Of a stretch of DNA of 64,000 nt, positions 39,579-48,107 are shown in pieces. The position numbers were made by a program, and so were the translations under genes. This DNA comes from Acidobacteriota bacterium (GTDB lineage Bacteria > Acidobacteriota > UBA6911 > JACQSX01), in NCBI GenBank assembly GCA_036507075.1, contig DASXQR010000048.1, positions 13,697 through 77,696 on the forward strand, read 5' to 3'. Positions within the stretch are counted from its first letter, which is position 1, and each line of letters starts with the position of its first letter. The notes under the pieces were generated by a model. That model was not told the origin of the DNA. It saw only the letters and a list, made by a program, of their open reading frames with translations, and did no database searches.

Positions 39579-39865
39579 TGGCACGGTGGCAACTTCTTGT
39601 TTTTAGACGAGATTTCAGAAGACAAGACCGATCACGTCGACGTTTATCGTCTACGGCCACGTGCACGTCAATGTCCACGACGCACGTCCAAATGCAAGGT
39701 GACAGATTTAGAGCCTAATCATTTTGGTCAACATTGACACGATGCGTTCCAAACTGCGATTTTTTCCTTCGTGAGCGTTGACGTGATCGTTGACGTCTAT
39801 CGTTGACGTGCACGTGCTCGTGGCCGTCCTTGGCTTTTTCTTTGGTTGCGGCTCTTCCGGACTGT
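39579..39865. mobile_element. Hexamer-array cassette with a possible four-helix-bundle gene remnant, inserted into the right arm of a 9-bp array
   Basis: Homologous to 17463-17672; minus strand 39708-39752 reads LERIVSMLTKMIRL-stop; separates ctctgcg (39578) from the array terminus gcggcggtga (~39866). Confidence 0.55.
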
Positions 39866-39987
39866 GCGGCGGTGATATAACGTGGCCGCCTTTTGAGAGC
39901 AAAGTCACAACTTATTGAGTGCCTTTAGGTTAAGTAATACAGTGAAAGGTCAGGTCCCGCAGGGGGCATTTCCGGAAATAACTCAAC

Positions 39988-42900
39988 ATGAACAGACAAC
40001 TGACAAGGGTCTCTCTCCTTCTCTTTGGCTCCGGGATGTGCGCGCTCATTTATCAGACCACCTGGCTGCGCGAATTCAGACTGATCTTTGGCGCTTCCAC
40101 GGCCGCATCTGCGGCAGTGCTGGCGATCTTTATGGGCGGCCTCGGATGGGGAAGCATGGTGCTGGGAAAGCGCTCCGATCGTCGCGCCAATGCTCTGAAT
40201 TTCTACGCAACACTCGAGATGGGAATTGCCTTCACCGCCGCGATTACGCCCCTGCTGCTGTGGGTGACTCATCTGGTGTATGTCAGCCTGGGGGGATCTC
40301 TTGTTCTCGGCGCAGGCGCCGCAACTTTGCTGCGACTTGCGCTGGCATCTCTTGTGTTGTGCGTTCCCACTTTTCTGATGGGAGGGACTCTCCCGGCGGC
40401 GGCCAGGGCGGTGGAAACCAATTCCGATCTGAGCAGGCGGAACCTCGCGCTCCTGTACGGGACAAACACCCTGGGAGCGGTGGCCGGCGCCGCCATTTCC
40501 ACTTTTTTTCTTCTGGAGCTTTACGGCAATAGAAAAACTCTCTGGCTGGCCTGCCTGCTGAATCTTTTGGTGGCGCTCACAGCCCGCAGCCTGGCGCGTT
40601 CCATCGTGATCTCAGGGGAGGAAAGTTCAGCAATCCTTCCTTTCACGCCGGAAGCGGAAATCGCTGTGGCGACACCATCGGGCACACATCCCGCAGCCAG
40701 TCTCCCGGCAACATTCGCCGTCATCGCCGCCGCAATCACAGGTTTCGTGTTTTTGCTGATGGAGTTGGTCTGGTATCGAATGCTCGGTCCATTGCTGGGC
40801 GGCTCGACATTCACGTTCGGTGTCATCCTCGCTCTCGCCCTGCTGGGAGTGGGCCTGGGCGGCGCGGCCTACGCTTTTTTTGGAAGCACCCGATCCCCGT
40901 CCCTGAATTCCTTCGCGCTCACTTGCGGGCTGGAGGCTTTGTTTGTCGGAATTCCCTACGCTCTCGGCGATCGCATTGCGCTGCTTGCCGTTCTTCTTCG
41001 CCCCTTCGGTTCAGTCGGCTTCCATGGCTATGTGCTGGCGTGGACCGGGGTAGCCTGCGTGGTTGTGCTGCCGGCCGCTTTGGTCGCCGGCATTCAGTTT
41101 CCGATGCTGATTGCGCTGCTGGGAAAAGGCAGGGAAAGGGTCGGACGCGATGTAGGGCTGGCATACACTTCGAATACGCTGGGCGCCATTGCCGGCTCGC
41201 TGGCCGGAGGCTTCGGTCTGTTGTCGCTTCTCGGCGCTCCGGGCACATGGCGGCTGGTGGTGCTGATACTCACCGGATTGTGTCTGGTCTCACTGGGTCT
41301 GAGCGGTGTGGCAAAGTCTGCATGGCGAAGGTCGGCACCCGTCTTCTGCCTGGCAGTGATCTCGGCCTGCACGATCTTCACGGTCGGTCCGACGGCTGTT
41401 TGGCGTCACAGCCAGATCGGCGCCGGCAGAGCCGAAGGATTTACTACCAGTCTCAACAACATTCGAGATTGGATGAGCTACCGGCGACGCTCTCTTTACT
41501 GGGAAAGGGACGGGGTGGAGAGCAGCGTGGCGGTCACGCGGAACGAAGGTCACACCTTTGTTGTAAATGGAAAGGTGGACGGGCACGCCAGATTGGACGC
41601 CGGCACTCAGGTGATGCTGGGCCTGGTGGGAGCAATTCTCCATCCGGCGCCCAAAAGCGCGTTGGTTATCGGGTTGGGCACGGGCAGTACCGCCGGATGG
41701 CTGGGGGCTGTCCCTTCCATAGAGCGCGTGGACGTGGTGGAGTTGGAGCCGGCGATCCTCAAAGTAGCCGCCGAATGTTCCTCTGTCAACGCGAACGCGA
41801 TGTCGAATCCCAAGGTTCACGTGCTGATCGGCGACGGTCGAGAGACTCTGCTTACCACACCCGCGCGCTATGACTTGATTGCCTCGGAGCCGTCAAACCC
41901 TTACCGCGCCGGAATCGCCAGCCTGTTTACACAGGAATTCTACCGCTCCGCATCCCGGCGCCTCTCCGATGACGGACTATTCCTGCAGTGGCTGCAGGCT
42001 TACGAAGTTGACGGTGAGACGATTCGGACCGTTTATGCCACCCTGTCGTCGGTCTTTCCGGTAGTTGAAACCTTTCAGACGACGTACGCGGACCTGCTGC
42101 TTGTCGGTTCGATGAAGCCCGTTTCGTACAATACGTCCATTCTGGCCGGCCGGCTGGGACAGGAGCCATTTCAGACCGCAGTCAGAGATACATGGCGCGT
42201 GTCGGGTGTCGAAGGCTTCCTGGCGCATTATCTAGCCAATTCGGCATTCGCATCAGCCATCGCCCACCAGCACAACACGCTCATCAACACCGATGACCGC
42301 ACGCCGATCGAGTTCGGCTTTGCGCGCAGCGTGGGGAAGCTCGGCATCTTCAACGTGGATCATGTCGCCAGGCTGGCCCGATCTCGATCCGAACACAGGC
42401 CGGAAAACCTTCAGGGTCAGGTCGACTGGACCAGCGTCGACGATCAGCGCGCTTCCATAAGAACGGAGGGATGGGTCGTTCCGCTGTTGCAGCCGTTCTT
42501 CACCCGCGAACAGCGCATTCGCACGGAAGCACAAATCCGATATGTCAGAGAAGATTTCGCCAGTGCGCTGCTGCTGTGGAAATCACAGCCCAAAGAGCCT
42601 GCTACTTTGACCGAGCTGACGATGGTGGCCGAGAGCCTGGCCGACAATGGCGACCCGGAGGCACTGAAACTGATCGAAAGGATACACGCCACGCACCCGA
42701 CAGAAGCGGAGGCGCTTTTGGGGCGTCTACTCTTGCGTCAGAAGCGGCTGGAAGAAGCTGCCATCGTTCTGGAATCCGCGTTCGTGCGTTATCGCAACGA
42801 CCCCTGGCCCCCGCCCTCATTGATGGAGCGCGCGCTGGACGTGGCAACGACGGTGGCCACGCTGGACCCGGGCAAACGACTCGCTCTCAGACTGCACGAT

Positions 42901-43245
42901 GCAATCAATCAGCCTTTCGCCCTGCTTCTTGCGAACAACAGCCGGCTCATCGCTGTCTTGAAAATTGCGCGCTACCTGGACGGCGGAGATTTCAGCCATC
43001 TGTCTGCCGATGCCATCGGGTCCTTTGAACCAAATATTCCCTGGCAGTTCGACTTCCTTGCGTACCGGTACCGATGCTACCAGAGCATGGCCAACCTGAA
43101 GGCTGAAGCAGCCAAACATGATCTGGAATCGTTTCTGGCAGCCGAGCCGTCTCCTCTGGCGCGAGGCATGGAAAAAGAATCCGCAGAAACGCCGCACCCG
43201 TCTCCTCTTACGGCGGTAGTAAAGACACCGGTAGCGAAACATTGA
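39988..43245 (+). CDS. Fused multi-pass membrane domain plus spermidine synthase-like SAM-binding domain plus helical/TPR C-terminus
   Basis: LFGSG.CAL.YQ..W.R, LMGGTLP, Y..NT.GA; VIGLGTGST, VELEP, DGRE, EPSNPY. Confidence 0.85.
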   Translation: MNRQLTRVSLLLFGSGMCALIYQTTWLREFRLIFGASTAASAAVLAIFMGGLGWGSMVLGKRSDRRANALNFYATLEMGIAFTAAITPLLLWVTHLVYVSLGGSLVLGAGAATLLRLALASLVLCVPTFLMGGTLPAAARAVETNSDLSRRNLALLYGTNTLGAVAGAAISTFFLLELYGNRKTLWLACLLNLLVALTARSLARSIVISGEESSAILPFTPEAEIAVATPSGTHPAASLPATFAVIAAAITGFVFLLMELVWYRMLGPLLGGSTFTFGVILALALLGVGLGGAAYAFFGSTRSPSLNSFALTCGLEALFVGIPYALGDRIALLAVLLRPFGSVGFHGYVLAWTGVACVVVLPAALVAGIQFPMLIALLGKGRERVGRDVGLAYTSNTLGAIAGSLAGGFGLLSLLGAPGTWRLVVLILTGLCLVSLGLSGVAKSAWRRSAPVFCLAVISACTIFTVGPTAVWRHSQIGAGRAEGFTTSLNNIRDWMSYRRRSLYWERDGVESSVAVTRNEGHTFVVNGKVDGHARLDAGTQVMLGLVGAILHPAPKSALVIGLGTGSTAGWLGAVPSIERVDVVELEPAILKVAAECSSVNANAMSNPKVHVLIGDGRETLLTTPARYDLIASEPSNPYRAGIASLFTQEFYRSASRRLSDDGLFLQWLQAYEVDGETIRTVYATLSSVFPVVETFQTTYADLLLVGSMKPVSYNTSILAGRLGQEPFQTAVRDTWRVSGVEGFLAHYLANSAFASAIAHQHNTLINTDDRTPIEFGFARSVGKLGIFNVDHVARLARSRSEHRPENLQGQVDWTSVDDQRASIRTEGWVVPLLQPFFTREQRIRTEAQIRYVREDFASALLLWKSQPKEPATLTELTMVAESLADNGDPEALKLIERIHATHPTEAEALLGRLLLRQKRLEEAAIVLESAFVRYRNDPWPPPSLMERALDVATTVATLDPGKRLALRLHDAINQPFALLLANNSRLIAVLKIARYLDGGDFSHLSADAIGSFEPNIPWQFDFLAYRYRCYQSMANLKAEAAKHDLESFLAAEPSPLARGMEKESAETPHPSPLTAVVKTPVAKH

Positions 43246-43525
43246 ATTGAGATGTCGACAAATCGCCTTCACCGCAGAGGCGCCGAGGACGCCAAAGTCA
43301 GCGCAGAGTTCTGACGGATTTCTCTGCGGACACTCGGCGATCTTTGCGTCTTTGCGGTGAAAAACGTCGCCGCCTCCGTCCTTTACCGGCATTTTTGCCT
43401 GGCTCCATAAAATTTTTTTCGCAGATTTCCCCACACCCCGGTTATGTCCTTTTGAACCATGGCTTGATTTCAGCGGCAACGTTCCGTGCCCCTGTAAAAT
43501 GCCATGAAACCATCGGAGCCAGGTT

Positions 43526-44410
43526 ATGAATAAACAGGAATTGCTGAAATTGGCCGACAATCCCGCCCTTATCGAAGGCATTTACAACTATTGCGACCGC
43601 TGGTGCGAGCGTTGCCCGCTGACGCCGCGGTGTCTGGTTTTTGCCATGGAATCCGCGGACAAAGAGCGTGCCGCCGCTGCAGGGGAAGAAGAGCAACTCG
43701 TTCATCAGCTTGAGGAATCTTTACGCCTGACAACAGAATTGCTCGCTGACTTTCAGAAGGAACAGGAAATGCAATTCAATTCAGAAGATAGCGCCGCAGA
43801 AACCGACGCAGAGGCGCACGTATTCTCCAAGCTTGAGGCAGAGGAACTGTCCGAGGCCCGAAAAATCGCACCCATAGCCGTGCGCGCGGCGAGGCATTAC
43901 ATCGACCTGGTCAATGACTGGTTTGATTCCCACGGTTCGCTATTTGAGGAAAAAGAGCGATCGTTGAATGCCGGAGTTCCTGTCGTCTCTGACGCGACAA
44001 ATCTTCAACATGAGGTCGACCAGATCACGGATGCTGTGGAAGTAATCCGCTGGTACCAGCATCAGATCTTCGTGAAATTAATGCGGGCGTCCAGAAACCT
44101 GGATGAGCTCGCAGAAGAATGTAAACAGACAAGGCCCGACAGCATTCTCCTGGATGCCGTAAAGCGGGACGTAAACGGCTCAGCCAAGGTTGCGTTAATC
44201 GGGGTGCAACGCTCCACTTCCGCATGGCTGTCTCTGCGCGGGCATTTGACCGATCAGGCTGACAGCATTCTTCACGTATTGATTCATCTGGAAAAACTGC
44301 GACGCAACTTGCTTTTGGCGTTTCCCGACGCGGAGACGTTCCTCAGGCCCGGATTTGATGAAATTGAAAAGGTTGAACCGACAGGGCCCGAAGAGCGCAA
44401 AAGGGCCTAA
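43526..44410 (+). CDS. Hypothetical acidic helical protein with an N-terminal Cys cluster
   Basis: GIYNYCDRWCERCPLTPRC; D.NGSAKVALI...RS; FP.A..F.RPGFDE. Confidence 0.75.
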   Translation: MNKQELLKLADNPALIEGIYNYCDRWCERCPLTPRCLVFAMESADKERAAAAGEEEQLVHQLEESLRLTTELLADFQKEQEMQFNSEDSAAETDAEAHVFSKLEAEELSEARKIAPIAVRAARHYIDLVNDWFDSHGSLFEEKERSLNAGVPVVSDATNLQHEVDQITDAVEVIRWYQHQIFVKLMRASRNLDELAEECKQTRPDSILLDAVKRDVNGSAKVALIGVQRSTSAWLSLRGHLTDQADSILHVLIHLEKLRRNLLLAFPDAETFLRPGFDEIEKVEPTGPEERKRA

Positions 44411-44492
44411 GTCCTGCTTGGCGCCTTGGGGGCTTAATTTTTTTAACCGCCAAGGCACCAAGACTCGTAAACTCTCGTGGTATCGGTCCTCC

Positions 44493-45428
44493 ATGTCGCG
44501 TGAAAAGATTTACCTGACCGGATTCCTTCTGACGGCCGGCTTCCTGCTGTTTGTCGGGCGGGGGCTGTTGGAAAGCTCTGTTTTGATCACCTGGACTCTG
44601 GCCTTTTCCGGAACCACGGCGGTTGCGATTCTGGGGGCAGTGGTTTACCGGCTGCAGCTTCAGTTGAAAGAGAGTCGCCATGAGCTGGCGCTGAAGGAAG
44701 CGGAGGTGAACTTCGCGCTCCAGGTTCAACAGCTTCTTTTCCCCAGGAAATTTCCCGAGCACTCGGGACTTGAATTCTCGGCCGCCTGCATTCCGGCTCG
44801 AGGAATCAGCGGCGATTACTACGACGTGCTGTCGATGCCGGACGGCCGTCTGGTTTTCGCCATTGCCGACATCAGCGGCAAGGGAATTCCCGCGGCGATT
44901 GTGATGGCTAATCTGCAGGCGCTCTTGCGAGTCCTGGTCGCGGCCAACCTTTCACCCCGCGAAGTATGCGGACGGCTCAATCAGCATTTGTATCAGGTGA
45001 CCGAGTCCTCCCGCTTTGCAACTTTCTTCTATGCCGAATGGACCAATAATGAAAGGAAGCTGCGATACGTCAACGCGGGTCATCATCCTCCTCTGGTGAA
45101 TGGCAGCAGCGAATTTCCTCTGGACAGGGGCGGCCTTCCGCTGGGCACATTTCCGGACAATGATTTCCAGGAAGGCGAGATCCTGCTGGAGCCCCAGGAC
45201 ATGCTGGCCCTTTACTCGGACGGTATTGTGGAGGCCATCGGGAAAACGGGGATCGAATTTGGCAAGGATCGACTGGAAGCCCTGGTGAGGGCGGATCTCA
45301 ATCAGTCTCTGGCACGCATTCAGCAGACCGTTTTAGACGAAGTCAAGCGGTGGACGAACCGGGAACCGCAGGACGACATCACGCTTGTCCTGGTGCGAGT
45401 GGAGCAGCCAAGAGAGGACGCACAATGA
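44493..45428 (+). CDS. Membrane-anchored PP2C/SpoIIE (RsbU-like) Ser phosphatase
   Basis: SGDYYD, IADISGKG.PAA, NAGH.PP, YSDGIVEA, DDITLV. Confidence 0.9.
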   Translation: MSREKIYLTGFLLTAGFLLFVGRGLLESSVLITWTLAFSGTTAVAILGAVVYRLQLQLKESRHELALKEAEVNFALQVQQLLFPRKFPEHSGLEFSAACIPARGISGDYYDVLSMPDGRLVFAIADISGKGIPAAIVMANLQALLRVLVAANLSPREVCGRLNQHLYQVTESSRFATFFYAEWTNNERKLRYVNAGHHPPLVNGSSEFPLDRGGLPLGTFPDNDFQEGEILLEPQDMLALYSDGIVEAIGKTGIEFGKDRLEALVRADLNQSLARIQQTVLDEVKRWTNREPQDDITLVLVRVEQPREDAQ

Positions 45429-45898
45429 ATATCTCAGGCCATAGTCTGAAGGACCACGTTTGGCTTTTGACACCACTGTTCGCCCTGATAACAGCGATCT
45501 GGGCGCTGCGGATGGTCTGCTATGCCGCGCATTGCCCGGCCTGGCTGCTACGCTCTGTCAGTGTCACTATGGGGGTTGCCGTCTGCGTGTTGCTGGCAAG
45601 CATCCTGATTCATGTGCGGCGCTTCGGGAGTTACGCCAACGTTGTTTTGGCGACCTTCCTTCTGGTTGCCTGGGCGCATATTCTAATCGTCGCCGCGATC
45701 GTATTTGCGGTCCTGACCGGCACGGATAATGTGTTTACGCTTCCGGAATATTCCTTTCCGGGTCCTGATCCCTATCATTTAAGACACATTCGGGGCCACC
45801 TGACGATTGGTCTCGGAGCCACTGTCCTGCTCGGCTCTGCCATGGGTTGCCTGCTGCTGTTCCTGCTTCGCCTGCTTTTGCCACGGAAGGATCGCTGA
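45425..45898 (+). CDS. Hypothetical four-TM membrane protein, translationally coupled to the phosphatase
   Basis: ATGA overlap at 45425-45428; hydrophobic helices. Confidence 0.7.
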   Translation: MNISGHSLKDHVWLLTPLFALITAIWALRMVCYAAHCPAWLLRSVSVTMGVAVCVLLASILIHVRRFGSYANVVLATFLLVAWAHILIVAAIVFAVLTGTDNVFTLPEYSFPGPDPYHLRHIRGHLTIGLGATVLLGSAMGCLLLFLLRLLLPRKDR

Positions 45899-45986
45899 AC
45901 AACCATTGCGTGGCTTTGCGGGCGAAGTACAGTTAAAATGAACACTCTGGAAGCAAAGCTGCACCGGGCGCCGATTCGCGCCGCCC

Positions 45987-46040
45987 GTAGAGACGCGACA
46001 TGTCGCGTCCGAGCTCAGACGCGGCATGCCGCGTCTCTAC
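45987..46040. repeat. GTAG-type REP doublet
   Basis: GTAGAGACGCGACATGTCGCGTC ... GACGCGGCATGCCGCGTCTCTAC. Confidence 0.8.
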
Positions 46041-46048
46041 ACCTAAAA

Positions 46049-48103
46049 ATGTCCAAACTCCATATAGTACTGCTGATTCTTTTTCCGGCATTGTCCCTGA
46101 ATGTTCGAGCCGATGAAGAAACAAAACTTCCTGCTCCGGTGCAACCGCGGCTGACTTCCGTTTTTCCGATGTCCGCGCAGCCCGGCGCCCGGCTTGAAGT
46201 CGAATTGCGAGGAGAATTCCTCGATCGCGTCAATCGCGTGCTCTTTGAAACCGGCGACCTCTCGGGAGCCGTTCTCTCTTCTACTTTCACTTCCGCCCGC
46301 ATCCAGATTCATGTTGCCGCGGGAGCACAACCGGGGGCGCGCTATTTTCGCCTGCTCTCTCAGCGGGGCGCCTCAAACCTGGTCCTGTTTCGGGTGAGCC
46401 GCTGGCCTGTTCCTTTGGAAAGCGAACCCAACGACGAACTGGACTCGCCGACTGTCGTGAGCCTGCCGGTTCTGATCAACGCCAGACTTTCTTCGATGAA
46501 CGACGTGGACTTGTTTCGATTTCACGCGAAAAACGGCGAGCGCATTCAGTTCAATGTTCTGGGAGCGCGCAATTGGACTCCTGCGGATGTCTCCCTGGCG
46601 ATCCTCTGGCCGAATGGTCGCGAAATCGTGCACGATGAAGGGCGATTCATCTGGGATCCGTACATCGATCACATGTTCGAAAAGGAAGGAGACTACCTGG
46701 CGGCCGTCACCGTCACAAGGATGCCCGCCGGTGGCCAGTCGCGCAATGACCTGAACTATCAGCTTGCCATCGGCCGCAGTCCATTCATCTGGTCACTGTT
46801 TCCCTTCGGCGGCGCAAAGGGCAGCACGGTCGAAGTTGAAATGCTGGCCGACTTCGTTCCCACGTCACCAGTAGTGATCTTTAGTGAGAAACGCATCGAT
46901 GCCAGGGTGCAGGCGGGAATTCGAAATAATTGCTGTAAAATTCTGACAGCCATTGCTCCCGATGCAACGGCGGGAATTCACGAGTTGTTGTTGGCTGAGA
47001 ACTCGGGAATCTTGGCGCCTGCGAAGTTTGCTGTAGGTGACTTTCCGGAATGTTTGGAAGTGGAGCCCAATGACAGCGCGCGCGTGGCGCAAACACTCTC
47101 ATTCCCGGCAACAGTCAACGGACGGATTGACCGGAACGGCGATGAAGACTGGTATCGAATATCGGCCGAGACGGGACAGGCTTTGACGTTCATCATCGAC
47201 GCGGAAAAGTATGGCTCGGTTCTCGATTCGCAGCTGACGCTTCTGGATACGGGAGGCAGGAGACTGGCTTCAAACGATGACGCCAAGTGGCCGGGGCGGC
47301 CACTCAACCGCGACCCCCTTTTAACTTACCGGTTCAAGGAGAAGGGAGACTACTTTGTCAAAGTCAGCAGCCCCTATCAACGCGGCGACCCGGACCATGT
47401 TTACCGGCTGACCGTGCGCCCGCAGCAACCCGGTTTTGTGGTGTCGCTCAACAGTGATCGAGCAGTGGTGGCCCGCGGAGGCTCGGGAAAACTGGGGATT
47501 TCCGTTGTTCGTCAGGAGGGGTTTGAAGGTGACGTGCGGATCGACGTAGAAGGCTTGCCGGCCGGTGTCACGGCAAAACCATTGATCATTCCGAAAGAAA
47601 AGGACAGCGACAGCCTCGTCGTTGAGGCGGCGGAGGGAAGTGATCAGCCATTAAGTGAAATCGAAGTATTTGGAGCCGCTGCCATTGGAGGAAATGAGAT
47701 TCGCCGGCGGGCCTGGCTGCCGCCATCGCGTTTTCAAGGGAGCGGCCCGGGTTTCAGCGATTACACACCGCGCAAGCCTCTCTTGTCAGTGGTGGACGCG
47801 CCGTGGTTTTCGCTGGAGTCGGCTGCGTCCACCGTTTACCTGGTGAGAGGCGGCAAGGCTGAATTCGGAGTTAAAATAACTCGTCGCCCGGAATTCACCG
47901 CACCGCTGGAAATCAGCTCGGAGAATCTTCCCGCTGGTGTAACGATAGACCAGGTTGATTTCATTGATGAAGGACGAATGGCTCGTATTACGCTGACGGC
48001 GACAGAATCGACACCTCAGGCGAGAATCCCCGACCTGGTGGTCGTCGGAAAGTCGCGCGAAAAGAAGGAATCGGCTCCGCGGATCTCACTACAGGTGGAC
48101 TGA
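46049..48103 (+). CDS. Secreted multi-domain protein with PPC (pre-peptidase C-terminal)/Ig-like repeats
   Basis: Signal peptide; two E.EPND motifs; VNGRI...GD.D.Y; LDS.LTL.D..G..LA.NDD. Confidence 0.8.
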   Translation: MSKLHIVLLILFPALSLNVRADEETKLPAPVQPRLTSVFPMSAQPGARLEVELRGEFLDRVNRVLFETGDLSGAVLSSTFTSARIQIHVAAGAQPGARYFRLLSQRGASNLVLFRVSRWPVPLESEPNDELDSPTVVSLPVLINARLSSMNDVDLFRFHAKNGERIQFNVLGARNWTPADVSLAILWPNGREIVHDEGRFIWDPYIDHMFEKEGDYLAAVTVTRMPAGGQSRNDLNYQLAIGRSPFIWSLFPFGGAKGSTVEVEMLADFVPTSPVVIFSEKRIDARVQAGIRNNCCKILTAIAPDATAGIHELLLAENSGILAPAKFAVGDFPECLEVEPNDSARVAQTLSFPATVNGRIDRNGDEDWYRISAETGQALTFIIDAEKYGSVLDSQLTLLDTGGRRLASNDDAKWPGRPLNRDPLLTYRFKEKGDYFVKVSSPYQRGDPDHVYRLTVRPQQPGFVVSLNSDRAVVARGGSGKLGISVVRQEGFEGDVRIDVEGLPAGVTAKPLIIPKEKDSDSLVVEAAEGSDQPLSEIEVFGAAAIGGNEIRRRAWLPPSRFQGSGPGFSDYTPRKPLLSVVDAPWFSLESAASTVYLVRGGKAEFGVKITRRPEFTAPLEISSENLPAGVTIDQVDFIDEGRMARITLTATESTPQARIPDLVVVGKSREKKESAPRISLQVD

Positions 48104-48107
48104 GAAC

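Noticed and set aside
39708..39752. Diversity-generating retroelement (Avd-like remnant)
   Set aside because: No reverse transcriptase and no TR/VR pair with adenine-specific mismatches seen.
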